Below, piece after piece: positions 21,399 through 31,235 of a stretch of 64,000 bases of DNA. The notes beneath the pieces were generated by a model. The model was given only the letters and a program-made list of their open reading frames with translations, did no database searches and had not been told where the DNA came from. The stretch's first letter is position 1. Every line of letters begins with the position of its first letter. The stretch lies in NCBI GenBank assembly GCA_029258725.1, contig JAPDKE010000006.1, forward strand, positions 199 through 64,198. Direction: 5' to 3'. This DNA comes from a bacterium. Its GTDB lineage: Bacteria > Hydrothermota > UBA3072 > JAPDKE01. The translations under genes were made by a program, and so were the position numbers.

Positions 21399-21932
21399 TC
21401 AGGCTGTTACTTTTTCTATAATAAACCCCATAAGGATTACAAAAAAGGCAAGGGCAATTCCCCTTATCCCTGATGTTTTTCCCAGGTATTTCATGACCAT
21501 CTCTTTTGAAACAAAAACAGCGAACAATCCCATGAGTATCATTACGGCTGGAAGAATTGCAATCATCTCCTTGAAGAAATTCCAGGATGTGAAGAGGACA
21601 GGTTTTCTTTTTTCAGGAAATACAATCAGAAGAATCCATGCAAGTACAAGAACAAGTATGAGTGTGATTATATCCTTTGGGTTCTCTTTTTTCCTCACAG
21701 TATCACCCCCATGAGTAACCCTATGAGAATCGCAATGATAAAACTTATCCCATTTCTTAAAAGTGCAAATTTTTTCCTCAGGAACAAATCCCATGAGCAA
21801 CCCTATGAGAACTATAATAATAAGAATCACTGGAAGTATACGAATGAAAAAGGTGAGGTATCCACTACCACAGTTCAATCCATGCAATGTTTCTTTCGGT
21901 ATCCCCTCTTCTCTTGGAATAAAATTCTTCAT
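21399..21932 (-). pseudogene. Internally deleted remnants of a two-gene permease pair (DUF318/ArsP-like)
   Basis: An alternative frame reads ALLRNGISFIIAILIGLLMGVIL* overlapping a GTG that starts MRKKENPKDIITL. The pieces resemble permease N- and C-termini but are far too short. Confidence 0.55.
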
Positions 21933-22497
21933 GGATAAATGTATCCCACCGGGGAGGGATTATTTCTTTCACTCCCTCTTTTTCCAGTGAGATTCTGTTT
22001 GCAAGATACAGGTCAACATAATACCTTCCGTTTCTCTCCTCAACAGCCTCAGGAAATTTCTTTAAAAAGAGTTCATATACCTCCTTTCCCACCGTGTAAC
22101 TTTCTTTACCTATTCCTGCCCCCAAAAGAACCCAAATGGAAGAAGGAAGGCAATCAAACACCTCCTTCATCACCCTCACCGCCTCTCTTCCTATCTCAAG
22201 CAGCGTTCCCCTCCATCCTGCATGGTATATCCCGCATATTCTTTTGTCAGAATCGTAAAGAAAAACCGGATAGCAATCCGCAGTTTTGACCACGAGAGGA
22301 AGCCCGGGAACAGAGGTCACAAGACCATCCCCAACCACCTTCACGGGTTTATTCACAACCCTCACAATGGAGGAGTGTATCTGATAGAGTTCAGCATACT
22401 CCCTTCCCTTAAGAGGAAAGATATGTCTTACCCCCTGAACTATCTTGCATCCTTCCCATTTCTTCCATTCATACCCGTATTCTTTACGCTCCCACAT
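21865..22497 (-). CDS. pgeF: Peptidoglycan editing factor PgeF / YfiH laccase-domain protein
   Basis: QIHS, GDGLVT, TADCYPV, HAGWRG and FYSKRR. The start may be 22497 or 22521. Confidence 0.9.
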   Translation of the reverse strand: MWERKEYGYEWKKWEGCKIVQGVRHIFPLKGREYAELYQIHSSIVRVVNKPVKVVGDGLVTSVPGLPLVVKTADCYPVFLYDSDKRICGIYHAGWRGTLLEIGREAVRVMKEVFDCLPSSIWVLLGAGIGKESYTVGKEVYELFLKKFPEAVEERNGRYYVDLYLANRISLEKEGVKEIIPPRWDTFIHEEFYSKRRGDTERNIAWIELW

Positions 22498-24136
22498 TCC
22501 TCCTCCTGGGGCTATCCTCAAGATAAAGGGTTATCCTCTCCCTTCCCATGTATGTATCCTTCACGATTCTGAACACAATGTCAAGCCTTTCTCCCCTCTG
22601 AGGAACATCTTCCATATTAAATCCGAGTACAGGAATCCCCTCATTTCCCTTTCTTATTCTGAATTTTACATGCCTTCCTCCAATTTTACCCGGATACCCC
22701 ACAACCTCTGCATCCCTTATGAGAAAAACAGGTCTTTCATTTCCCGGACCAAAGGGGGAGAAGAGGTCAAGATAGGAAAGGACCTCATGGGTTATCTCCT
22801 CAGGGAAAATCTCGGCATCTATATGAATCACAGGGACAGGCTCCTTTCCTCTAAGTTCCTCTTGGACAGCCTCATTGAATCTCATTTCAAGTTCTGGAAT
22901 TTTATTTCTCTCTATGGTGAACCCGCATGCGAGGGTGTGCCCTCCAAAGGAAATAAAAAGGTCCCTGCATTTCTCCATAACCCTGTAAAGATTCACTTCA
23001 GGAATACTCCTCCCTGAACCCTTCCCCTTATCCCCCTTCAGGGCAATCAAAAGGGTGGGTCTGTAAAATTCCTCCGCTATCCTGCCTGCAACTATCCCTA
23101 TAACCCCCTCATGCCACCCTTCTCCTGCAAGGACTATCCCATAAGGAAGAGGGGATGGGATTTTTGAAAATGCCTCCTCACTTATTTTTTCATCAAGTTT
23201 TCTCCTTTTGAGATTTAAACTCTCAAGTTCTTTTGCAAACTTCCCTGCGTGCTCATGACCCGATAAAAGAAGTCTGAGTGCCCTTCCTGCATGTGCGATT
23301 CTTCCAGAGGCATTTATTCTGGGGGCAAGAATGTATCCTATTCCCCACGCATCCACACGCTCAATCCCGGCTGTCTTCATCAGTGCCTTTAATCCTGGTT
23401 TTTTTGTCCGGTTTATTATCTCAAGGCCAAGTTTAACAAGCGTTCTGTTTTCTCCCGTTAAGGGAACAATGTCTGCCACGGTTCCCAGGGCAACTAGGTC
23501 CAGCTGCCAGAAAAGAAACCTTTTCTTTCTTTCATCCTCTCCCATCAGTGCCTGGGCGAGTTTGAATGCGGTTCCAACACCTGAGAGTTCACGGTAGGGG
23601 TAGGTTTCTGAAAGTTTGGGGTTTATTATAGAGTGGGCGGAGGGAAGAATTTCAGGTGGCTCGTGATGGTCTGTTATTATGACATCCATTCCGTAGAGGT
23701 CCGCAAGTTCAACCTCTTTTTTTGAAGATACTCCGGTATCCACGGTGATGATGAGAGAAACACCAAGGGATTTCGCCTGCTCAACCCCCTCCCTTGAAAG
23801 TCCATAACCCTCCTCTATCCGGTGGGGAATGTATGCAACGGCATCCCCTCCTAAGTATTTCAAAATTTTCAAAAGCAGTGCTGTTGCAGTTATTCCATCC
23901 GCATCGTAGTCTCCGTGAACCATTATTTTTTCTTTTCTATCAATTGCAAGTTTTATCCTTGATACTGCACGCTCCATATCTTCAAATAAAAAGGGAGAAT
24001 GAAGATGGGAGGGGGATGGATGGAAGAAAATATTAGGATTTTCAATTCCTCTTGCGCACAGGAGTTTTTCTATAAGTGAAGGATATCTGCCTCTGGGAGT
24101 AAAATTTATTCTTCTTAACTCCCACCTCTTTTCCAT
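22484..24136 (-). CDS. recJ: ssDNA-specific exonuclease RecJ
   Basis: GDYDADG, TVDTG, TDHH, GTVADIVPL, PRINASGR and GSGRS. Confidence 0.96.
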   Translation of the reverse strand: MEKRWELRRINFTPRGRYPSLIEKLLCARGIENPNIFFHPSPSHLHSPFLFEDMERAVSRIKLAIDRKEKIMVHGDYDADGITATALLLKILKYLGGDAVAYIPHRIEEGYGLSREGVEQAKSLGVSLIITVDTGVSSKKEVELADLYGMDVIITDHHEPPEILPSAHSIINPKLSETYPYRELSGVGTAFKLAQALMGEDERKKRFLFWQLDLVALGTVADIVPLTGENRTLVKLGLEIINRTKKPGLKALMKTAGIERVDAWGIGYILAPRINASGRIAHAGRALRLLLSGHEHAGKFAKELESLNLKRRKLDEKISEEAFSKIPSPLPYGIVLAGEGWHEGVIGIVAGRIAEEFYRPTLLIALKGDKGKGSGRSIPEVNLYRVMEKCRDLFISFGGHTLACGFTIERNKIPELEMRFNEAVQEELRGKEPVPVIHIDAEIFPEEITHEVLSYLDLFSPFGPGNERPVFLIRDAEVVGYPGKIGGRHVKFRIRKGNEGIPVLGFNMEDVPQRGERLDIVFRIVKDTYMGRERITLYLEDSPRRRNVGA

Positions 24137-25113
24137 TTCCTTTTTACCCTCCTCTTTGCGTTTATATGTTCTCTTGCAGTCCTTGTGAATATATGGGTTC
24201 CATCCCCTCTTGAGACATAGTAAAGATAGTCAGTTCTTGCAGGATGGATTGCTGCACGGATGGACTTTATTCCAGGGGATGCAATTGGTCCGGGAGGGAG
24301 TCCCCTGTGCAGGTATGTGTTGTAGGGAGACTCAATCCTTAAATCTTTATAAAGAAGCCTTGGCTTGTGATGGGGAAGGGCATACTGCACCGTTGCGTCT
24401 ATCTGGAGTGGCATACCGCGTTTTAACCGGTTGTAAATCACCGATGCGATGATGGGTCTTTCTTCATCCACCTGCGCCTCCTCCTCTATGAGCGATGCTA
24501 TGGTGAGCAGCTGATGGATATTGAGCCCCATCTCACCTGCCCTTAATGGTATTGAATCGTCAAGAACCTCAAACATTCTCTTCACCATAACCCTTAAAAC
24601 AAATCTCGCATCCTCTCCCTTTGCAAATACATAGGTTTCAGGATAAATGTATCCCTCAAGGGAGGGAGCGTCATAAACCCCGCATTCCTCCATGAATCTT
24701 TTATCATGGGCAAGTTTCAGAAACTCAAGGGAATCTATGCCAAGTGCTTTTTCAACAATTCCTGCAATTTCTCTTAAATTTGAACCAGGGGGAATGGAAA
24801 CCGGAACCATCACCCTTTTTCCCCGGGTGAGTATATCTATTACCTCTTCCGGTTCTATCCCTCTTTTCATCCGGTACCATCCTGAAATGAGTTTCCTTTC
24901 CGCATTCTTTATTCTCAAAAGAAGGAAAAAACCAAGTTCGTCCTCTATGATGCCCTCTTTTTTCAGTATTTTGGCTATCTCCTTTGCAGTAAGCCCTTTT
25001 GGGATGTGGACTATAACCTCCTCTCTCTTTTCTATGAGAACCAGGAATATTCCAAAAAATGTAACGGATAAAAGGAGTAAAAGTGCAGGGAGGGGAAGTT
25101 TTTTAACCCTCAT
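24115..25113 (-). CDS. mltG: Endolytic transglycosylase MltG
   Basis: N-terminal TM, LEGYIYPETY, ASLIEEEA, LQIDAT and SPYNTY..GLPPGPI. Confidence 0.95.
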   Translation of the reverse strand: MRVKKLPLPALLLLLSVTFFGIFLVLIEKREEVIVHIPKGLTAKEIAKILKKEGIIEDELGFFLLLRIKNAERKLISGWYRMKRGIEPEEVIDILTRGKRVMVPVSIPPGSNLREIAGIVEKALGIDSLEFLKLAHDKRFMEECGVYDAPSLEGYIYPETYVFAKGEDARFVLRVMVKRMFEVLDDSIPLRAGEMGLNIHQLLTIASLIEEEAQVDEERPIIASVIYNRLKRGMPLQIDATVQYALPHHKPRLLYKDLRIESPYNTYLHRGLPPGPIASPGIKSIRAAIHPARTDYLYYVSRGDGTHIFTRTAREHINAKRRVKRKWKRGGS

Positions 25114-25507
25114 TTTTTCTCAGGAAACTCTCAAGGATCAGGGATGCAGCCACCATATCCACCTTTTCCTTCTCTCTCGAGGGTTTTCTCCCGAGTTCCC
25201 TCATTATCCTCTCTGCCTCAACGGTTGTCAGTCTCTCATCCCACAGCTCAACCCTCACCCCAAGAGACCTCAACTGTTCGACAAATTCTTCAACCCTTTT
25301 TGCCCTTTTCCCCCTCTCTCCCTTCATGGATACCGGATATCCAACAACGATTCCCTCAATCTCATATTCTCCAACGAGTTCCTGAAGAACCCTTATTGCA
25401 TCCCCTCTATCCACTGTTTTATAAGGCATGGGGATTTTACCGAGTTCGTCGGTCATGGCAATCCCCACCCTCTTTTCTCCGTAGTCCACTCCTATCCATC
25501 TCCCCAT
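25103..25507 (-). CDS. ruvX: Pre-16S rRNA nuclease YqgF/RuvX
   Basis: DYGEKRVGIA, VVGYP, DERLTT and DMVAA. Confidence 0.94.
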   Translation of the reverse strand: MGRWIGVDYGEKRVGIAMTDELGKIPMPYKTVDRGDAIRVLQELVGEYEIEGIVVGYPVSMKGERGKRAKRVEEFVEQLRSLGVRVELWDERLTTVEAERIMRELGRKPSREKEKVDMVAASLILESFLRKNEG

Positions 25508-25513
25508 GGGGAT

Positions 25514-25542
25514 ATTATACAGAGAAGGAAAGAAAATGACAA
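25514..25542 (-). promoter_or_regulatory. Sigma70 promoter, leaderless configuration for ruvX-mltG-recJ
   Basis: Minus strand TTGTCA-N17-TATAAT-atcccc-ATG(25507). Confidence 0.7.
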
Positions 25543-25559
25543 GGGGGAGGATTCCCCTT
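25541..25559 (-). terminator. Putative intrinsic terminator after the C25 peptidase gene
   Basis: AAGGGG-N7-CCCCTT hairpin immediately after the stop codon, followed by a T-rich tract. Confidence 0.45.
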
Positions 25560-28500
25560 TTATCTTGCTATTATCACCTTCTCACATGCCTTATCGGCCC
25601 CTGCCTCAAGATAGATGAAGTATATCCCGGAAGAGAGAGAGGAAACATCCAGAGTTCTCCTGTAAATACCGGGCTTCGCCTCTCTATCCACAAGCGTAAG
25701 AACCTTCCTTCCACTCACGTCATAAACACCGAGTTTCACCCTGGATGCCTGAGGTATCGTATACTGAATAACACAGGACCCTGTAAGCACATTTCCACCT
25801 TTGAGTTCCATGCCAAACCTCAAAACCTTACCGGCAACCACAGTCTCAGGACCGTACCACTCAATAGCACCGGCTTTCCTTACACAAAGCCAGTACTGAT
25901 AAACCCTCCCCTCCTTAACCCGCCTGTCAAGATATGAATACTCACCCTCACGGGCCGGAACCAGCGAGAATATCAATTCCTTACCACCACCCTCAGAACG
26001 ATAAACCCGGTACTCCTCAACACCATATTCAGTACAAGGATTCCACCTCAGCATGACACCAGAAGAAGTAGCATACGCACGGAAATCCATACCGATACCA
26101 GATGGGACTTCGGAAAGATTTCCAACCTCAACCGAGATAAGAGCAGGATGCGTGGATGCCTTCGTAAGAGAAGTCCTGTAAAGAGATATCCTGAGCCTTA
26201 TGGTATCATAAACAGATGGGTCAAGAGAATCTATGGAGAACCAGCCTCCCCGCTCTGAAGTGAAGAAACCGGAGGAATTACCGGGAAGGTCGGCATCAGG
26301 AACAGGAGACCATGCACCAGAGGAAAGGTACTCAACCTGAACCCCTATGGAATCATCAGGTTGTGCCTTGTGCCACACCACCTTACCCCATGTGCTCCTT
26401 CCATCAACATATGCAAGTTCAGCAAAGGAAACAGGAGGCGTAACCACCACACCAAGGGTGTTAACAACAGCGCTCCTCCCCTCAATAAGAACATTGTCCA
26501 CAGCAGCAGCCCAACCCCATCCTCCCTGGTCATCGTACAGCCACTGAACCTGAACACTCTCAGCAGGCAAATAAGACGTAAGATTTATAACATCAACACC
26601 ACTTCCATCTGCATCATGAGAAGCAACAGTAGACCAGCTACCCCACATACTTCCATCATGAAACCTGACCTGCGTATAAAGGATCTCAGACTCATACCGG
26701 CAAAAGCCCCAACCATAAAGAAGATAAAGAGACTCAGGTGAACCAACATAAACAGAAGGAGAAATCAAATACTCCTCAGCAGTCCCATTCGTAGAACCAG
26801 CATCATCATCAGAATAATAAGCATAGTAGGAACCGGCATTAGGAGGTTCATTTCCCCAGAGGTCATCCTGACCCGTAGTCGCTATATACCAGGTATACCC
26901 ATCGGCATCGCCATCAACAACACTCCAGCCAGATGGTAAAACACCACTCTCAAAATTCTCAAAGAAGATGGTGTCATGAAGAACGCCCGAATACGGAGGC
27001 AGAACTATACTGTCTCCATCTATCACCGCATTTATAAAGGAACATGCCTGCCATTGCTCAGCATCGGTCAGGTACCATGAGCAGGTTCCAGAGGGAAGAA
27101 GGGTATCAACCGTAAAACTCCTGACAGAGGAAAACAAACCCCAGTAACCCGAACCATAAGGGTCACGTCCCTTCACCTTCCAGTAATAAGTCTCACCATG
27201 AACAAGAGGCGAAGAGAATGTGAAGGTTGCGACCTCGCCAGAGTTAAAGGTTCCGGTAATGGCACTGTCAGGGGAAGAGAATGATGGGTCGTCATCCCAG
27301 TAAACCATGTACTCTATCTCATCCCCCTCTGGGTCCGTACTCACAAACTCAAGCGCAGGAGTAAGAGAAGAAACCTTTGCCTTGTCAAAAAGAGAAATAA
27401 TTGTGGGAACAGAAGGACAACCAAGGTCAACCAGAGCGTAACCCTCGTAAGGCAAATAATTATGCTTTGTTACGGTAACCCACATGGTATCATTGCTTAT
27501 AGAAGGAGCAATATACAAAGTAACTTTTCCCGATGCATCTGTATAACCCCTTACATACATACCCTCATCGAGTTTGCACCACAGACAGACATATGCACTC
27601 TCAACAGGTGTTGTCCCATCTTTCTCATACACAGTAACTGTAAAGTTCATGGGGCCCAAAACAGTATCATCGTGAATCACCACCAGGGAATCAGGCACAT
27701 CTGTCCACATTTCAAGTGCAGGGTCTCCGTAAAGATTGTACTCGAGCATACACCACAATGCCCATGTATCCCAGGTAGTGTAGGGAACGCACTGGTCATT
27801 CATCCTGTCCCTTGCATCACCTATGCGGTAATACCCCTCCTGCGACCACGCCTTTGTAAACCATATATTCTGCCACTCCGACCTTCCAGGATAATCAAGG
27901 GTTCCAAACCCATACCTGTAGTTGAGCATGCATGCAACAGCACCATCATTTGAAAGGGTCATGAGATGCTCTGCATAGGAATCGTAATCATAAGCACCGG
28001 GGAAACAGGAGATAGCATAGAATATGTAAAGTTTTCCATTGGTGTTAAGGTCGTTTTCTATAGTGGATACCTGAATCGGATCCCCACTCCCGTACATATA
28101 ACCGGTTTCGTTTCCATGGGCAGCCCCATGATGGAATCCATATCCTGTATTTAAAGACTCTATGGTGGCAGCAGAACTGTAATTCCCGGTTTCATCGTAG
28201 CATTTTGCATCATAAAATATGGAAGGGTCATACTTCGCGATAGAATCAGAAACAAAAGCACCATCATATTCTGATGATGTTCCACAGTCAAAGAGACACT
28301 CTGATGTAAGAAGTATCTTGGGCTGATAACCTGATGGAGGATTTTTTTCGTATCTCAACGTTCTTTCAACAAAGAGGGAGCATGCAGTATAAGCCTCACC
28401 TGCCTCATCGAAGAGAACCCTTCCAACATAAACATCCATGTAACGGTCCCCATTCCAGTCAGAGAACCAGAAGTCTGCTGCTATGGTATCCTCGTCCTGA

Positions 28501-29489
28501 TAATATCCCAATCCCGTTGTGGCAATGCATACGTCCTTCCTCGGAAACCATGTTCCAACATCGGATTCAGCGTAGTAGGAATCATCAGAATCCCCATCAT
28601 CCTCTCCCACAAAAAGTGCATACATCACTCCCCACGCAGTATCAGCGTAGGCAAGGAAATTTCTTATCTTATCCTGAACCGTCGCACCATCGAAATTTGC
28701 TTCTATCCAGTCAAGTGTTACTATCCTCGTCGGGATTCCCCTTTTGGTCTTCCAGTAAGCGAGAGGTTTCATCGCCTTGAGTATTTCAGGATGGTTATCG
28801 GAAGAAGGTCCCACATCGGATGTATCAACAAGAATCACGTATTCAATTATGGTATCCGGAAGGTCCTTTCTTACACGGGGAGAAAATCTATCAACATCTT
28901 CAGGATTCACCACCAGTTGCCTCACCATCTTTTTCGCGAGAGAGATTTCATGAGGGAAGATTTTCATCACTTTTTCCTTCCCTTCCTCAAACAGCAGCCT
29001 TATTTTTATCCTTCTTCTCAAAAACAGCTCTCCTGTAGCAGGATGGTATTCTAAAGGAGCCAAAGAAACGGTTACAAGTTTGAAACCATGCTTTTTACCG
29101 CTGTGTATGACTTTAGCAATGTAATCCGGATAGACAGGAAGGGAATACATTTCGGGGTCGGGTTCAATCCATTCAGGAGTGTAATCCCTTATAAAAGGCC
29201 TGGGAGGCTGAACAGGATAAATTCTATAATTCCCCAGAAACTCCTTCTCCACAGAAAGAACTTCTATACCGGTAACCTTTGCATCCGGAGGTATACAAAA
29301 GGTGTGGTTCATTACAGGGACCTTCGGAGCTCCTTCACGAAAAATATAACCGGCGTTTTTCATCCGCACCACATCGTATCCATTTTGTCTGGTGAATGAG
29401 AGGTCGAAGGAAGAATAAGTGAACTCCCGTTCAATAGTGCCCCCAAGGAGCACAAATGAAAACCCCAGAAGCATCAGTATCCTGCGCAT
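25560..29489 (-). CDS. Gingipain-like peptidase C25 with propeptide, Ig/FN3 and adhesin-like domains and a T9SS-type C-terminal domain
   Basis: Signal peptide MRRILMLL (RBS-supported start 29489), C25 propeptide, YVGR, AHG and ISCFPG (His-Cys), NLYGDP, GW..VDGDADG..W (cleaved-adhesin-like) and the CTD YDVSGRKV...LSSGIYF. Confidence 0.88.
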   Translation of the reverse strand: MRRILMLLGFSFVLLGGTIEREFTYSSFDLSFTRQNGYDVVRMKNAGYIFREGAPKVPVMNHTFCIPPDAKVTGIEVLSVEKEFLGNYRIYPVQPPRPFIRDYTPEWIEPDPEMYSLPVYPDYIAKVIHSGKKHGFKLVTVSLAPLEYHPATGELFLRRRIKIRLLFEEGKEKVMKIFPHEISLAKKMVRQLVVNPEDVDRFSPRVRKDLPDTIIEYVILVDTSDVGPSSDNHPEILKAMKPLAYWKTKRGIPTRIVTLDWIEANFDGATVQDKIRNFLAYADTAWGVMYALFVGEDDGDSDDSYYAESDVGTWFPRKDVCIATTGLGYYQDEDTIAADFWFSDWNGDRYMDVYVGRVLFDEAGEAYTACSLFVERTLRYEKNPPSGYQPKILLTSECLFDCGTSSEYDGAFVSDSIAKYDPSIFYDAKCYDETGNYSSAATIESLNTGYGFHHGAAHGNETGYMYGSGDPIQVSTIENDLNTNGKLYIFYAISCFPGAYDYDSYAEHLMTLSNDGAVACMLNYRYGFGTLDYPGRSEWQNIWFTKAWSQEGYYRIGDARDRMNDQCVPYTTWDTWALWCMLEYNLYGDPALEMWTDVPDSLVVIHDDTVLGPMNFTVTVYEKDGTTPVESAYVCLWCKLDEGMYVRGYTDASGKVTLYIAPSISNDTMWVTVTKHNYLPYEGYALVDLGCPSVPTIISLFDKAKVSSLTPALEFVSTDPEGDEIEYMVYWDDDPSFSSPDSAITGTFNSGEVATFTFSSPLVHGETYYWKVKGRDPYGSGYWGLFSSVRSFTVDTLLPSGTCSWYLTDAEQWQACSFINAVIDGDSIVLPPYSGVLHDTIFFENFESGVLPSGWSVVDGDADGYTWYIATTGQDDLWGNEPPNAGSYYAYYSDDDAGSTNGTAEEYLISPSVYVGSPESLYLLYGWGFCRYESEILYTQVRFHDGSMWGSWSTVASHDADGSGVDVINLTSYLPAESVQVQWLYDDQGGWGWAAAVDNVLIEGRSAVVNTLGVVVTPPVSFAELAYVDGRSTWGKVVWHKAQPDDSIGVQVEYLSSGAWSPVPDADLPGNSSGFFTSERGGWFSIDSLDPSVYDTIRLRISLYRTSLTKASTHPALISVEVGNLSEVPSGIGMDFRAYATSSGVMLRWNPCTEYGVEEYRVYRSEGGGKELIFSLVPAREGEYSYLDRRVKEGRVYQYWLCVRKAGAIEWYGPETVVAGKVLRFGMELKGGNVLTGSCVIQYTIPQASRVKLGVYDVSGRKVLTLVDREAKPGIYRRTLDVSSLSSGIYFIYLEAGADKACEKVIIAR

Positions 29490-29710
29490 AAAACACCTCC
29501 CTTTTGTTTTTGGAAAGATTATATACAAAATCCATTTCAGAATCAACCACCAGATTTTCCTCATACACCCTTTCCACAAAAATCGCTCAATTTAGGATTT
29601 ATCGTGTTGTAAAAAATTCCAGGCACATTTACTTTTAGCGAGAGAAAGTCCATATTTGCTTTTAAACTTTACAAAATGGCTCTCCTGAATTGGCGTCAAA
29701 TGCAATCCAG

Positions 29711-30622
29711 TTACCTCCTTTTTTGAAGACGAAGAATATATCCCCTCTCACCCACTATCCATACGCAATTGGGTGCCAGTGCAAAAACTGAACACAGGTT
29801 GTGGTTTGTCTCTAACATCAATTTCCACTCATTTTTCCCATAATAATAAATGTGCCCAAAGTTCGGACTTCCATATACTGCCCATCCTTCGTCACTATCC
29901 GCAAATGAAATTGAAGTCACTGAATAAAAGACACCTTCGCTAACTTTTCTCCATTCTTTGCCATCAAAATGTAAAATGGGGAGCATTCCTTTACCTTTCA
30001 GTCCTGCCCAGCCGTTCGAAGAAGATGTGAAATACACAGAAGTTACTGGGTTGATAAAAATGGAATCAATCAAAGTCCATTTACCGTTTAAGTAACGAAG
30101 AATACAGCCACATCCTCCCCTACTACCCACAATCCATCCTTCATCTGATGATAGAAAACATAAGTCTTCCCAGACTATAGTGGTATCTCCGTAAATTATC
30201 TTCCACTCGAGAGTATTATAGTGGAGTATTATTCCATATTTGCCAACTGCCCAACCTTCATATTCACTTGTAAATTGTACATTACTTAAATCTGCATCTA
30301 CTGGAGAATGCACTTCCTTCCATGCAGTGCCAACCCATCGCAATATTGTTCCAGAGTCTCCAACTACCCAGCCATTATCCTCGTTTACAAAAAATACTCC
30401 GTTCAACTTTTTTGTCGTTGGGCTTTCTACCAGACTCCATTTTTCTCCATCCCAGTGAATTATCACACCGGAATCTCCCACTGCCCAGGCATCATTCTCA
30501 GAAAGGGCAAAAACCGAATATAGATCTTTTGTGGTGGGGCTTTCTACTTCAACCCATTCAATCTTCTCAAAAAGCCTGCATCCCGAGAAAAATATCAGTA
30601 ACAAAAAAATAAATTTCCACAT
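29711..30622 (-). CDS. YCF48-like beta-propeller lipoprotein
   Basis: FSGC lipobox and repeated 'SPT..L..V......WAVG..G.I..W.G..W' units. Confidence 0.82.
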   Translation of the reverse strand: MWKFIFLLLIFFSGCRLFEKIEWVEVESPTTKDLYSVFALSENDAWAVGDSGVIIHWDGEKWSLVESPTTKKLNGVFFVNEDNGWVVGDSGTILRWVGTAWKEVHSPVDADLSNVQFTSEYEGWAVGKYGIILHYNTLEWKIIYGDTTIVWEDLCFLSSDEGWIVGSRGGCGCILRYLNGKWTLIDSIFINPVTSVYFTSSSNGWAGLKGKGMLPILHFDGKEWRKVSEGVFYSVTSISFADSDEGWAVYGSPNFGHIYYYGKNEWKLMLETNHNLCSVFALAPNCVWIVGERGYILRLQKRR

Positions 30623-30789
30623 GCATCACTCCTTTTCATTCTTTTCTCTTTTGTCAAGCAAGCGATTTTCCTCCCGCATTCTTTACGATATTCAGGATGC
30701 CTCTCCCACCACTCAGCAATCTGTTGAGCGAGTTTAAGATTCCCTTTCCTGTACTCCCTTGAATACTCCTTTCTCTTATTCTTTCCCTT

Positions 30790-30942
30790 ATTCTCTCTTC
30801 CTATTCTTTCCTCCTTTATCTTCCTTAAGGGAGAGGAGGAGGCAAGATGGATGAGCATGAAATCTTTACAATTTCTCATTCCTTTCCTCCCCTTATATTT
30901 TTATTATGACCTGCTTTTTTTCATCTGTCAACCCCCCGATTC
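30790..30942 (-). repeat. Leader element copy E (promoter, RBS, leader ORF from 30879 extending to 30595)
   Basis: AATCGGGGGGTTGACA(30926-30931)-N17-CATAAT; GGAGG; MRNCKDFMLIHLASSSPLRKIKEE. Very similar to copy D. Confidence 0.85.
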
Positions 30943-31083
30943 TCCTGTCGCCACCAGCCTTATCACCCTGAGGAATAAATTGAGTGTAAACATATCTCCA
31001 TTCGTTATCTTCCCTTAAATTCCACACAGGGAAAAATAAATTTCATGCATGAATCCCCATGAACCGCCCCGGGGAGAAGAAAT

Positions 31084-31121
31084 CCGGGAGCTTATTAGAC
31101 AACCTGGAGAATAGCTCCCGG
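31084..31121. terminator. Inverted repeat / possible terminator
   Basis: CCGGGAGCTTATT-N13-AATAGCTCCCGG (12 bp stem with one bulge), downstream of the minus-strand operon. Confidence 0.45.
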
Positions 31122-31235
31122 TAAAAACCAGAACCTGTATTCAAAAACACCTCCAGACACTGAACCTTATGTTCATGAAACCGAAAAGATTGCCTTGAAT
31201 AAAATTTACGAGTCTCAATTCTGCAAGGTTATGCT

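Noticed and set aside
24692-25618. 308 aa plus-strand ORF
   Set aside because: It is antisense to the well-supported mltG and ruvX, with no motifs.
29490-29579. Upstream extension of the C25 peptidase as another leader-peptide copy
   Set aside because: It has no similarity to the element. The region holds an ordinary TTGATT..TATAAT promoter and RBS.
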